From: Algoriphagus sp.
GTDB taxonomy: Bacteria; Bacteroidota; Bacteroidia; Cytophagales; Cyclobacteriaceae
Reading direction: 5' to 3'
DNA: 64,000 bases
Assembly (NCBI GenBank): GCA_029945945.1
Contig: JAQSDM010000001.1
Span: 25,705-89,704, forward strand
Shown here: positions 40,743-50,562 of the stretch, piece by piece
Position numbering within the stretch: position 1 is the first letter of the stretch
Layout of the letters: each line of letters starts with the position of its first letter
Program-made: the position numbers and the translations under genes
Notes under the pieces: generated by a model
Database searches by the model: none
What the model was told of the DNA's origin: nothing
Seen by the model: only the letters and a program-made list of their open reading frames with translations

Positions 40743-40768
40743 AGGAGGTAAAAGCCTCCTTTTTTTTA
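40743..40768 (+). terminator. intrinsic terminator after the small-gene array
   Basis: aggagg-taaaag-cctcct followed by tttttttt. Confidence 0.7.
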
Positions 40769-40780
40769 TGCCCAAAATTT

Positions 40781-41218
40781 ATGAAAACACAAAATTTTAA
40801 GAATCACGCCCGCTATTACCCATTACATCATTTCATCGTCACACCTCTGACGCTCATTTTTTTAGGGTGGACCGTAAACCGGTCAAACTTCGAGACTAGT
40901 GAATCCACGTCAGAAAGTATCTATTTTTTGATTCTGGCATTAATTGTAGTTATCCTGCCCATGATGGAAAGGATTTACGCACTGAAGAATCAAAATCGAA
41001 TTATTTTGACAGAAATGCGTCAACGGTATTTTCACCTTACAGGCAAATCTTTTTATGAGAAAGAAAGGGACTTAAGGACAATTCAAATAATTGCTTTAAG
41101 GTTTGCAGGAGATGATGAATTATTGGAACTGATAGATCAGGCAATTAGTAAAAAGCTTAGCAATAAGGAAATCAAAATGACTGTAAAAAATTGGAAACCA
41201 GACTTTTCAAGAGTTTAA
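40781..41218 (+). CDS. hypothetical two-TM membrane protein (possibly DUF6526-like)
   Basis: 145 aa. The N-terminus NFKNHARYYPLHHFIVTPLTLIFLGW and a second TM helix resemble a family I recall as DUF6526. Confidence 0.5.
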   Translation: MKTQNFKNHARYYPLHHFIVTPLTLIFLGWTVNRSNFETSESTSESIYFLILALIVVILPMMERIYALKNQNRIILTEMRQRYFHLTGKSFYEKERDLRTIQIIALRFAGDDELLELIDQAISKKLSNKEIKMTVKNWKPDFSRV

Positions 41219-42330
41219 ACTCCCTCTTCCAAAATTACTTTCAGTTGCGATTTTATTAGCCCGAGAAGATTTTCCCGGGCTTTTGTTTTGTAGTCAGGGT
41301 CAGAAAAATCCAGCTCTGGCAAAATCAAAATCTCGTTAAATCCTTCATTAAAAGCTTCATTTCCTGATGAAATTAAAACAGACTTTTTTTGCTGATTTTT
41401 AGCAAGTTGCAATAGTTCAAAGCAAGCTTTGCCCTCATTAGACTGGGAATCATATTTGCCCTCACCAGTGATGATTAAATCAGCCCATTTGACTGCTTCG
41501 CCAAGCTTTATTTTTTCAAAAAAATAGGTTGATCCAAATTTAATTTCCAAAGGAAAAAAAGCTGAAAGTCCGAGAGCGATTCCTCCTGCAGCTCCGAATC
41601 CAACCTGATCTTCAAAAGACTTTTTCATTTTGGAGAACATCTTTTTGATGACTGTCTCGCAGGTTGCTTCATATGATTTGAATTCTTGTTCTTCCAACCC
41701 TTTCTGGGAGCCAAACACCGGAATTGCGCCTTTGCTTCCTAAAAAAGTATTCTTTACATCACAAAGGCATATGAAGTTGATTTTTGGAAAATTTGGTGAA
41801 CGCTGGATATGGCTTATTCGGCCAAGGTATTCGGGAGAAAATGGAGTTAGGGATCGTCCTTTTTCATCCAAAAAACTGAGTCCTAAAGCAGCAAGAATTC
41901 CAATTCCAAGATCAATCGTAGCACTTCCGCCAAGTCCTAGAATAATTTCCTCTGCGCCTTCTTCAATTGCCTTTTGGATCAAAAGTCCGGTCCCAAAAGT
42001 TGAAGCCACAAATGGATTTTTGGTTTCGGATCCGATCAGACCAATTCCAGAAGCTGTTGAAACATCAATAAAAGCTTTTTTGGAGGTGGTATCCAAACCA
42101 AATGTCCCAAGAATGGGTCGGCCAAAAGGATCTAAGGTCCAGGTTGAGATTTGCTTTAAGCCAAGTACTTTGGTAAGTAATTCGCAAGTACCATCTCCCC
42201 CATCAGCAATAGGGATCATTTTCGTTTGAATTCCAGGCGAGGATTCTTTTATAAATTTGTTAATGATTTCGCCGACTTCAGTTGCAGTCAAAGTACCCTT
42301 AAAAGCATTTGGGGAAATCAAAACCTTCAT
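41215..42330 (-). CDS. glycerate kinase
   Basis: 371 aa with the N-terminus MKVLISPNAFKGTLTA, IADGGDGT and GEGKYDSQS, all typical of the GlxK/GarK family. Confidence 0.85.
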   Translation of the reverse strand: MKVLISPNAFKGTLTATEVGEIINKFIKESSPGIQTKMIPIADGGDGTCELLTKVLGLKQISTWTLDPFGRPILGTFGLDTTSKKAFIDVSTASGIGLIGSETKNPFVASTFGTGLLIQKAIEEGAEEIILGLGGSATIDLGIGILAALGLSFLDEKGRSLTPFSPEYLGRISHIQRSPNFPKINFICLCDVKNTFLGSKGAIPVFGSQKGLEEQEFKSYEATCETVIKKMFSKMKKSFEDQVGFGAAGGIALGLSAFFPLEIKFGSTYFFEKIKLGEAVKWADLIITGEGKYDSQSNEGKACFELLQLAKNQQKKSVLISSGNEAFNEGFNEILILPELDFSDPDYKTKARENLLGLIKSQLKVILEEGV

Positions 42331-42331
42331 C

Positions 42332-43681
42332 TTATGCGTTTTTCATTCTTGCAAAGTAATCCTTGGACGCAGCTCTCACTTTGGAAGAAAGGTAAAGCGT
42401 GGAGAAAATTGTGGGAATAGCCATGATCGCATACATCGCATCAACGAAGCTTATTACGACCTCCAATGAAGCAACCGCACCAAGAACGATCGTGATCAAA
42501 TAGAAATAATTGTAATAATTAGCCTTATCTGCTCCAAACAGGTAATTGGTGCACTTATGACCATAATAGGAATAAGTGAAAATAGTAGAAAGGGCAAAAA
42601 CCAATACTGAAAGCATCAGAAGATATTTTCCATAAACAGGGATGGCCAGTTCAAACGCTTCCAGAGTGAGTTTAACACCGTCATTCTGGGTATTTTGCCA
42701 AACGCCGGTTAACATGATTACCAAGGCAGTCAACGTACACACAACAATCGTGTCAATAAATGGACCCAACATTGCTATCAAACCTTCTCTGATTGGTTCA
42801 TTATTTCTGGATGCCCCATGTACCATCGGAGCTGTACCTATTCCGGCTTCATTTGAAAAAGCAGCCCTTCTGGCACCCGTGATAATTACCGCACCTACTG
42901 CTCCACCCATCACGGCATTACCTGTAAAAGCATCTACCACAATCAATTTTAGCATTTCAGGAACTTCCCCAATGTATTTGAAAACAATATACATGACAGT
43001 GGCAAAGTATATGGCAACCATAAAAGGAACCATCTTGGTAGCTACAGATGCTATTCTTTGGATACCTCCTAAAATCACTACTGAAGTGACCAGCATAATT
43101 CCAATTCCAATAATCCAGCGATTTCTAATGTCTTCAGATTCTGTCTCCGGTTGAATTAAAACCTCCTGAATGACTGCTGTTAGTTGATTTGAAGTAAATA
43201 TGGCAAGCAAACCAAGCATTCCAGCCACACAAAAAAGGATGGAAAGGAATTTCCACTTCTTACCCATTCCATATTCAATTACATACATTGGACCACCTTG
43301 AATTTCTCCTGAACTGTCTTTACCTCGATACATAATTGCCAAACTGCAGGTATAATACTTGGTAGCCATTCCTACAAAAGCAGCTACCCACATCCAGAAA
43401 ATGGCTCCTGGTCCTCCCATATTTATTGCGATAGCAACTCCGGAAATATTTCCTAAACCAACTGTGGCTGCAATAGCCGACATCAACGCCTGAAAAGATG
43501 AAATCTGTCCCGGTACCATGCTGTCATCGTATTTACCTCTCAGAAGTGTAATCGCGTGACCGATTTTAGTAACAGGAACAAAACCGGAATGGATCAAAAA
43601 AAAGGTGCCTCCGCCTAACAACAAAACCAAAATTGGTGGTCCCCAAATCCAATTGCTAAAAGCAATAATTACATCTCCCAT
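42332..43681 (-). CDS. alanine/glycine:cation symporter (AGCS) family transporter
   Basis: 449 aa, polytopic, with AGCS blocks (SFQALMSAIAATVGLGNISGVA, AFSNEAGIGTAP). Its stop lies 1 nt before the glycerate kinase start. Confidence 0.85.
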   Translation of the reverse strand: MGDVIIAFSNWIWGPPILVLLLGGGTFFLIHSGFVPVTKIGHAITLLRGKYDDSMVPGQISSFQALMSAIAATVGLGNISGVAIAINMGGPGAIFWMWVAAFVGMATKYYTCSLAIMYRGKDSSGEIQGGPMYVIEYGMGKKWKFLSILFCVAGMLGLLAIFTSNQLTAVIQEVLIQPETESEDIRNRWIIGIGIMLVTSVVILGGIQRIASVATKMVPFMVAIYFATVMYIVFKYIGEVPEMLKLIVVDAFTGNAVMGGAVGAVIITGARRAAFSNEAGIGTAPMVHGASRNNEPIREGLIAMLGPFIDTIVVCTLTALVIMLTGVWQNTQNDGVKLTLEAFELAIPVYGKYLLMLSVLVFALSTIFTYSYYGHKCTNYLFGADKANYYNYFYLITIVLGAVASLEVVISFVDAMYAIMAIPTIFSTLYLSSKVRAASKDYFARMKNA

Positions 43682-43782
43682 GTGTCAATTTATAAATAGA
43701 ATTTTCCTGAATTCAGGCCTCAAATAATTTCCGATAATAGGTCCATTTTATCCAAAATCAAAGTTTGGTTAGGGTTTACAAA

Positions 43783-43816
43783 CAAAAAACCCGGACAGTA
43801 ATGTTACAGTCCGGGC
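43783..43816 (-). terminator. intrinsic terminator of the GH20 gene
   Basis: The cccggac / gtccggg stem is followed on the minus strand by TTTTTT. Confidence 0.7.
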
Positions 43817-43837
43817 TTAAGATGGTAATCGGGCAGT

Positions 43838-45433
43838 TTACCAATCTACTTTTGGGGATCGGTAGAATCCTATACCATTGATATCCCAGCGTTTACCATG
43901 CTGGGCAATTCGCTTTCTAAAGCTTTCCCAATCTTTTCTTTCATTTTTTGTCCATGCAACTTCTGCAATCGCAGAAAGTCTTGGAAAAGTCAAGTATTCA
44001 ATATCTGCCCTATTGGTTACTGTTTCTGTCCAAAGTGGAGCTTCTACTCCAAGGATATCAGCTCTACCTACACCGTCAGCATAGGATTCAGGGTTCCAAA
44101 GATAAGCAGAGTCTAATTCGATATAAGCAGCCCAATGCTGGCCTATTCGGGAAGTTGTATCGTATTGCATATCCAGATAGGCTCTTTTTGCAGGAGACAT
44201 CAATACTTTATTTCCCTGATCCTTGGCCAATTTGGCATTTTCTTCAACTGCCCAGAATTGTGCAATAGAACCCGGTAGTAATTTGGCTGTTGCTACTTCA
44301 TCCCAACCCACATTTGTCTTCCCGTACTTCACCACGATATTTTGAACTCTCTCTATAAAATAAACATAATCATCCTTTTCTGTGACATGAGATTCATCAC
44401 CACCAATATGGAAATATGGACCAGGTGTTATCTCAGAAATCTCTCTTACTACATCATCAACAAACTGATAGGTAAGTTCTAATTCTGTCGAGAATGTGCT
44501 AAATCCAACTTCAATTCCTGTGTAAAGCTCTGCAGCCTGGGGATTGGTTGTCGGCATCTTGTAATCTAAAGGAGCTTTATTAAGAGAATCAGTTTTACCA
44601 TTTGGAAGGTTTACTCCCGGATTGAGCTCTGCATATGAAGCCAAAACAGCATTGGTGTGACCCGGCATATCGACTTCCGGTACAATTGTGATATAATTTT
44701 GGGCTGCGTAAGCAACGATTTCTTTGTATTGCTCTTGAGTGTAAAAACCCCCTTCTCCACCTCCAACTGCGGTGCTTCCACCGATCTCAGTCAATTTTGG
44801 CCAGGATTTAATCTCAATTCTCCAACCCTGATCGTCGGTTAAATGCAAATGAAGGTAGTTCAATTTCAAACCTGCCATCTGATCTATATAGTGCTTTACA
44901 TCTTCTACTGTGATGAAATGCCTTGCAACATCGAGCATCGAACCCCGATATTCATATTCAGGCTGATCAAAAATCTTTCCCTGAGGTATTTTCCAGGACA
45001 TGTCAACAAGTGATTCATTTTCAATCTCAACAGGAAAAATTTGAATCAATGTCTGAATACCATAAAATAATCCTGATCCTGAAGAAGCTGTGATTTTTAC
45101 TTCGCTGTCGGAAATCTCCAACTCATAGGAATCGGGCGACCCGCCACTGGTCATCTCAAGGATAATATTTCCGGACTCTCTGGAAACTGGCAAAACAAAT
45201 CCAGTAGCTGGACGAAGTTTGGTAGCGAGATATTCTCCCAAAATTTCAAGTTCTTCACCTTCTCCGGTTACTTTTATTCCTGATTCAGATTCAAGTGTGA
45301 AAATTCCGCTTCCTGCTTCCAATGATGCCGGAAAAGGTATTATTCCAGCCTCATTGAGACTGGGAACGGGTGATTGACAGGAGCCCATTGCAAGAGCTGA
45401 AACTACGGCAATTGACAAAAGTGATTTTTTCAT
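43838..45433 (-). CDS. GH20 beta-N-acetylhexosaminidase, lipoprotein
   Basis: 531 aa with a lipobox (AMGSC) and the GH20 catalytic blocks HLHLTDDQGWRIEI and FHIGGDE. Confidence 0.9.
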   Translation of the reverse strand: MKKSLLSIAVVSALAMGSCQSPVPSLNEAGIIPFPASLEAGSGIFTLESESGIKVTGEGEELEILGEYLATKLRPATGFVLPVSRESGNIILEMTSGGSPDSYELEISDSEVKITASSGSGLFYGIQTLIQIFPVEIENESLVDMSWKIPQGKIFDQPEYEYRGSMLDVARHFITVEDVKHYIDQMAGLKLNYLHLHLTDDQGWRIEIKSWPKLTEIGGSTAVGGGEGGFYTQEQYKEIVAYAAQNYITIVPEVDMPGHTNAVLASYAELNPGVNLPNGKTDSLNKAPLDYKMPTTNPQAAELYTGIEVGFSTFSTELELTYQFVDDVVREISEITPGPYFHIGGDESHVTEKDDYVYFIERVQNIVVKYGKTNVGWDEVATAKLLPGSIAQFWAVEENAKLAKDQGNKVLMSPAKRAYLDMQYDTTSRIGQHWAAYIELDSAYLWNPESYADGVGRADILGVEAPLWTETVTNRADIEYLTFPRLSAIAEVAWTKNERKDWESFRKRIAQHGKRWDINGIGFYRSPKVDW

Positions 45434-45664
45434 GGGTTATGAATTTGGGATAAACTTAATGCAAATTTTTAAGAATCTATTTTTCACAAATCAATTTTAT
45501 CGCTAAACTGAAATTTGGATTTACATTTTTCAAATTTGCCTTAAAAACATCTGAGATACCTGCCATACCACTTATGTCCTGTCAGTCATTTTTTTACCCC
45601 ACCTTCCAAAAGTCTAATCTGATTTTAATAATTTCAGGTTCTTACTGAATTCAACCCAAACAAG

Positions 45665-47122
45665 ATGAAAAGAAAAGATTCCAATCCGGGAAGCTCCCGG
45701 AGAAATTTCATAAAGACCTCAGCGCTGGTGGCCAGTGGCTTTTTCATTGTTCCAAGGCATGTTTTAGGCGGTCCCGGATTTATAGCTCCAAGTGATAAAC
45801 TAAGGGTTGCTGGAATTGGCGTGGGAGGAATGGGATATGGTGACGTAAGCGGAGTATTCCGAAGTGGAAAAGTGGATATTGTTTCGCTTTGCGATGTCGA
45901 CGATACCCGTGCAAAAAAGAGCAGGGACGAACATCCAAATGCAAAATATTACAAAGATTTTAGGGTTATGCTTGAAAAAGAAGCTGGCAACATTGATGCT
46001 GTGACAGTTTCAACTCCGGATCATCAGCATGCGGTTGCGGCTATGATGGCAATGAAAATGGGAAAGCATGTCTATGTGCAGAAACCACTTTCTCACGACA
46101 TTTACGAGGCACGAATGCTCACTGAAGCTGCAGAAAAATACAAGGTGGTAACCCAAATGGGTAATCAGGGATCATCCGGAGATGGAGTCCGAAAAATGGC
46201 AGAATGGTACGAGGCTGGCTTGATTGGGGAAGCAACAAAAGTTTATACCTGGACTAATCGCCCTGTTTGGCCTCAGGGAATTGAATGGCCTAAAACTCCA
46301 ATTACTCCCCCTGCAGATTTGGATTGGGACCTCTGGTTGGGTACTGCACCTCAAAAGGATTACGTAGGAAATCTTATTCCATTCAATTGGAGAGGTTGGT
46401 GGGATTATGGAACCGGAGCGCTTGGGGATATGGCCTGCCATATCATAGAGCCACCGTTCCGTGTTTTGGGACTTGGCTATCCTAAGTCAGCAGAATGCTC
46501 GGTTGGTTCTGTATATGTTGGTGAGTTTAGTCGCGGATATTTCCCTGAAAGCTGCCCTCCTTCTTCCCATATTACACTCAGATTTGACAGACCAGGCAAA
46601 GATGATTTGGAATTTCATTGGATGGATGGCGGAATCCAGCCAACACGCCCGGAAGAATTAGAACCAAACGAGATAATGGGGGATGGTGGAAATGGGGTGA
46701 TTATCGAAGGGACGAAAGGAAAAATCATGTGCTCCACTTACGGTGCAAACCCACAACTTCTTCCAACTTCAAAAACTAAAGACATAACTGTTCCTGAGAG
46801 ATTATATCGAGTTCCTAACGGAGATCGTGGACATTACAATAACTGGGTGGAAGCTTGTATTGCCGGCCATGGCTCACAAGAGTTTAAGAATTTAAGTTCT
46901 CCTTTTTCAATTGCAGGACCTCTGACAGAATCTGTTTTGATGGGGAACCTGGCTATCAGAAGCTACGATTACAGGATACCAAGAGAAGGTGGAAATAACC
47001 AGTATGATTACCCGGGAAGAGGAATCAAATTGGTTTGGGACGGACCTAATATGAAAGTGACCAACTTTGACCCTGCAAACCAATTCGTAAAAAGGGAATA
47101 CAGAGGAAACTATTCTCTCTAA
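45665..47122 (+). CDS. Gfo/Idh/MocA family oxidoreductase with Tat-type signal
   Basis: 485 aa with a twin-arginine-like leader (SRRNFIKTSALVASG) and a Rossmann N-domain (VAGIGVGGMG..., TPDHQHA). Confidence 0.85.
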   Translation: MKRKDSNPGSSRRNFIKTSALVASGFFIVPRHVLGGPGFIAPSDKLRVAGIGVGGMGYGDVSGVFRSGKVDIVSLCDVDDTRAKKSRDEHPNAKYYKDFRVMLEKEAGNIDAVTVSTPDHQHAVAAMMAMKMGKHVYVQKPLSHDIYEARMLTEAAEKYKVVTQMGNQGSSGDGVRKMAEWYEAGLIGEATKVYTWTNRPVWPQGIEWPKTPITPPADLDWDLWLGTAPQKDYVGNLIPFNWRGWWDYGTGALGDMACHIIEPPFRVLGLGYPKSAECSVGSVYVGEFSRGYFPESCPPSSHITLRFDRPGKDDLEFHWMDGGIQPTRPEELEPNEIMGDGGNGVIIEGTKGKIMCSTYGANPQLLPTSKTKDITVPERLYRVPNGDRGHYNNWVEACIAGHGSQEFKNLSSPFSIAGPLTESVLMGNLAIRSYDYRIPREGGNNQYDYPGRGIKLVWDGPNMKVTNFDPANQFVKREYRGNYSL

Positions 47123-47166
47123 AAACAAAAAGGGCTTTGAGATTACTCAAAGCCCTTTTTTATTTT
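47121..47166. terminator. bidirectional terminator (oxidoreductase / OmpA-family genes)
   Basis: agggctttgag-atta-ctcaaagccct, flanked by an A run and a T run. Confidence 0.75.
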
Positions 47167-48785
47167 TCCACTTGAATTTCTACCCTTCGGTTTTTGGCCC
47201 TTCCTTCCTCCGTCGTATTTGGAGCAAGAGGCTTTGTTCCGCCCCATCCGGATGTCCGAAGATTATCGGCAGCTACCCCTTGCTCAATCAGGAATTTCCG
47301 AATACTTCCGGCTCTTTGAATTGAAAGTGCTTTATTAAGGCCAGGATCTCCGGCATTATCTGTATGTCCGTTGATTCGGATTTTTACTGTTGGGTTCGCT
47401 TTCAAAAAAGCTGCTAATTCGATGAGACTGGCTTTAGATTGCTCGCCTTCAAGTTCTGCAGTTCCTCTTGCAAATGCGACATTATCCAACAAAACAGAAC
47501 TTCCTGGTTCCGCCTTCACCATCAAAACTTCTGTTGGCTCTGATTCTTTTATTTCATTGATAAGCAATGATTTAGGGAAATATCCCTGAGAGATAACTTT
47601 TACCTCCTTAACCCCTGCTTTTATAAATTCGGAAAGCAACAGAGGTTGATCAGGATCTGATGTAATTTGATTTCCGGAATCTTCCCAGGTAAGATTATAC
47701 TCGATTTCTATTTTGGTTTTGGAATCAATTACAATCCATGAAATAGGCTTTTCTGGTTCAACCACCTTCTCCTCAGGGAAGCTAATTTCAGGTTTTCCTA
47801 TCGAAACCATTGGATAGATTGGCTTAGGTTCAGATATCTGCTGCACAGGTTTTTTCGTAACCTCAGGAACGGCAATAGTTGAGGCAGGAACAAACTCCTG
47901 TGGAATAATCAAAGGAGTGACTACCGCAAAAGTGAGCAAGTCAGCGTAACCATCACTATTTTGAGTGCTCGTCCAAACCACATTATTCTGATCCAAAAAT
48001 GTCAAAGAAACATCTGATCCCGCTGAGCTGATTTGCTCCCATTTTACAGGAAGGCTCCAGGAATTCCAGTCCTCACCCATCTTTTTGGAAATGAAAATAT
48101 CTTTTCCATTTGCTCTCAAATGCATATTTGAGGAGAAGTACAATTGTTGGGTAGTAACATCGTAATAAGGACCCATCTCCTGTCCGTTGGTATTGATGTT
48201 CGGACCTAAATTTGAGGGAGCTGACCAATCAAGAATTCCGGATTTTTCACTCAGGTAAATGTCTTCATTCCCTAAAGTTCCTGGCCCCTTTCCGGAAAGG
48301 AAAATCAATTTACCTCCGGCAGCTACCCTTCCTGTAACCGGACCTTCAAAAAGATCCAATCCTGGCATATTGACGGGACGCAATAAATTCCAATCGTTTC
48401 CAAACTTGGAGTATTGATAAATCCCAACTTTGTCAACTTCCTTGTGGTAAACCAAAAGCGTGAGGCCATCTTCAAGTCCCAAGACAAAATCATATCCTCT
48501 TGTACTTAAATCAGGTCTGTGAACCGCAGCTTGCCATTCTCCGACTTCTGACTTTTTGGTCATCCAAATATCTCCAGAATCCATCACCCCACCTTTATTG
48601 GAAGGATGATAAGCTCTGGTAAAAAAAAGTGTATTATTTCCAACCCAAACAGGATTAGTATCATCTTGGGGACTATTTGCTCCCGAAAGCGATTTGAGGT
48701 TTTGAGCCTCTGCACTTAGAAAAAAAGAAAGAGCAAACAGCATTAAGCCGCTTGCTCCAAATTTCTTTATTATTGTTTTTTTCAT
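47160..48785 (-). CDS. OmpA family protein with N-terminal TolB/beta-propeller-like region
   Basis: 541 aa with a signal peptide and a C-terminal OmpA domain (INGHTDNAGDPGLNKALSIQRA...NRRVEIQV). Confidence 0.85.
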   Translation of the reverse strand: MKKTIIKKFGASGLMLFALSFFLSAEAQNLKSLSGANSPQDDTNPVWVGNNTLFFTRAYHPSNKGGVMDSGDIWMTKKSEVGEWQAAVHRPDLSTRGYDFVLGLEDGLTLLVYHKEVDKVGIYQYSKFGNDWNLLRPVNMPGLDLFEGPVTGRVAAGGKLIFLSGKGPGTLGNEDIYLSEKSGILDWSAPSNLGPNINTNGQEMGPYYDVTTQQLYFSSNMHLRANGKDIFISKKMGEDWNSWSLPVKWEQISSAGSDVSLTFLDQNNVVWTSTQNSDGYADLLTFAVVTPLIIPQEFVPASTIAVPEVTKKPVQQISEPKPIYPMVSIGKPEISFPEEKVVEPEKPISWIVIDSKTKIEIEYNLTWEDSGNQITSDPDQPLLLSEFIKAGVKEVKVISQGYFPKSLLINEIKESEPTEVLMVKAEPGSSVLLDNVAFARGTAELEGEQSKASLIELAAFLKANPTVKIRINGHTDNAGDPGLNKALSIQRAGSIRKFLIEQGVAADNLRTSGWGGTKPLAPNTTEEGRAKNRRVEIQVEK

Positions 48786-48787
48786 AA

Positions 48788-49759
48788 TTATTGATCCAAC
48801 ACAATGGCGAATATCAACGGCGCCACGATTGTTGCATCAGACTCTATTATATATTTCGGAGTGTTTATTCCAAGCTTTCCCCAAGTGATTTTCTCATTAG
48901 GCACAGCTCCGGAGTAAGACCCATAAGATGTAGTAGAATCAGAAATTTGACAGAAGTATCCCCAAAGAGGAACATTTGTTCTTTGCAAATCCTGGTGCAA
49001 CATCGGCACAACGCAGATAGGGAAGTCTCCTGCAATTCCCCCGCCAATTTGGAAAAATCCGACAGTACTTTCTACTGTAGCATTTTTTGTATACCATTCT
49101 GCAAGAAAAATCATGTACTCAATTCCACTCCTTACAGTATGCACATTCTTCACATCTCCTGTAATCACGTGGCCTGAATACATATTACCTAACGTGGAAT
49201 CTTCCCAACCTGGAACGATGATCGGAAGGTTTCTTTTCGCAGCTTCCATCAACCAGCTATCCTTAGGGTCGATCTGGAAAGAATCATCCAGCTTGCCGGA
49301 AAGCAATATTTTGTAGAAAAACTGATGCGGGAAAAACGCCTCTCCTGCCTGATCTGCTTTAACCCATTCTTCAAGAATTACATGCTCGATGCGACGCATG
49401 GCTTCCATTTCAGGAATACAGGTATCAGTAACCCGATTCATATGTCTGTCCAAAAGATCCTGCTCCTGAGCCGGGGTAAGATCACGGTAATTTGGAATCC
49501 GCTCGTAATAATTATGAGCAACCAGGTTGAACACATCTTCCTCAAGATTGGCACCAGTACAAGTGATGATCTGTACTTTGTCCTGACGGATCATTTCTGC
49601 AAGTGAAATACCCAATTCGGCTGTTGACATGGCTCCGGCCAAAGTGACCATCATTTTACCATTATTATCCAAATGTGCTTTGTATCCCTCTGCAGCGTCG
49701 ATTAATGCCGCTGCATTGAAGTGGCGATAGTTGTGTTTTAAAAATTCCGTGATTTTCAT
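48788..49759 (-). CDS. deoxyhypusine synthase family protein (bacterial DHS-like)
   Basis: The blocks HFNAAALIDAA, MMVTLAGAMSTAELG and IITCTGANLEEDVFNLVAH match the DHS family. I prefer ATG 49759 over the track start 49795. Confidence 0.8.
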   Translation of the reverse strand: MKITEFLKHNYRHFNAAALIDAAEGYKAHLDNNGKMMVTLAGAMSTAELGISLAEMIRQDKVQIITCTGANLEEDVFNLVAHNYYERIPNYRDLTPAQEQDLLDRHMNRVTDTCIPEMEAMRRIEHVILEEWVKADQAGEAFFPHQFFYKILLSGKLDDSFQIDPKDSWLMEAAKRNLPIIVPGWEDSTLGNMYSGHVITGDVKNVHTVRSGIEYMIFLAEWYTKNATVESTVGFFQIGGGIAGDFPICVVPMLHQDLQRTNVPLWGYFCQISDSTTSYGSYSGAVPNEKITWGKLGINTPKYIIESDATIVAPLIFAIVLDQ

Positions 49760-49803
49760 TGGTTTGTTAGTTTCTAAGGGCGCAAAATTACCCAATTTTT
49801 TCC

Positions 49804-49833
49804 CACAAAAAAACCCGGACTAAATCCGGGTTT
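49804..49833 (-). terminator. intrinsic terminator of the OmpH gene
   Basis: aaacccgga-ctaaa-tccgggttt, with a T run on the minus strand. Confidence 0.75.
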
Positions 49834-49858
49834 CAATACTTTTAACTCAATAGTGAGA

Positions 49859-50464
49859 TTATTTTTTTGTCGCAGTATCTGCCGGAGCGGCGTTGTATTG
49901 CTTGTTCAATCCATCGATTACAGAAGCTGTCACATCAATGGCGTCTGTTGCGTACCAAACCGCACCTCCTCGGGTGTAGCTAAGAATAACATCCAGATTA
50001 TTTGTTGTTGCATAGTCTTTCATATACTTCTGAACCTGATCATAAACATCACTGTAAAGACCAGACTCATCTGCTGAAAGCTCTCTCATCAGGTTATCTC
50101 GGTAAGTAACCAGGTTTTGCTCCTTTTTCACCAATTCCTCTTCCTTCGCTCTAGCCTGATTCATCGTCATAGTAGAAGCAGTCTGCTGGAAATTTGCAAC
50201 TTCTTGTTCAAATCCTTTTGCTCTGCTCTGAAGATCACCTTCAAACTTCTTTCCTTTCTCGGTAATTTCTGCTGATTTCTTTTTAAAATAATCAAATTTA
50301 TTGATCACACTATCAGTGTAAACAAATGCAACTTTGAGTTCACCGTCTTGAGCAAGTGCAGTGGAAGTTTCACCTTCTGAAGTGGCAGTGCTTTTTTTAT
50401 CACAGCCATAGAAAAGTACTGTAGCAAGGCCAAGTACACCGATTAGTTTAAGTCCTTTTTTCAC
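49859..50464 (-). CDS. OmpH/Skp family periplasmic chaperone, lipoprotein
   Basis: The GTG at 50464 gives VKKGLKLIGVLGLATVLFYGC..., followed by a K/E/Q-rich coiled-coil typical of Skp. The longer track ORF would overlap the upstream gene. Confidence 0.7.
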   Translation of the reverse strand: MKKGLKLIGVLGLATVLFYGCDKKSTATSEGETSTALAQDGELKVAFVYTDSVINKFDYFKKKSAEITEKGKKFEGDLQSRAKGFEQEVANFQQTASTMTMNQARAKEEELVKKEQNLVTYRDNLMRELSADESGLYSDVYDQVQKYMKDYATTNNLDVILSYTRGGAVWYATDAIDVTASVIDGLNKQYNAAPADTATKK

Positions 50465-50562
50465 TTTTATAATGTTATAGATGACAAGGGCGCAAATATA
50501 AAGAAAGTATTGAATCTGCAAGGCAGCCTCAAATTTGGTCAGGTTAAATTGAGTTAAAGATT

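Noticed and set aside
43682-43837. Possible glycine riboswitch upstream of the AGCS transporter.
   Set aside because: No glycine-aptamer core sequences are visible. The structured part of the region is the GH20 terminator hairpin.
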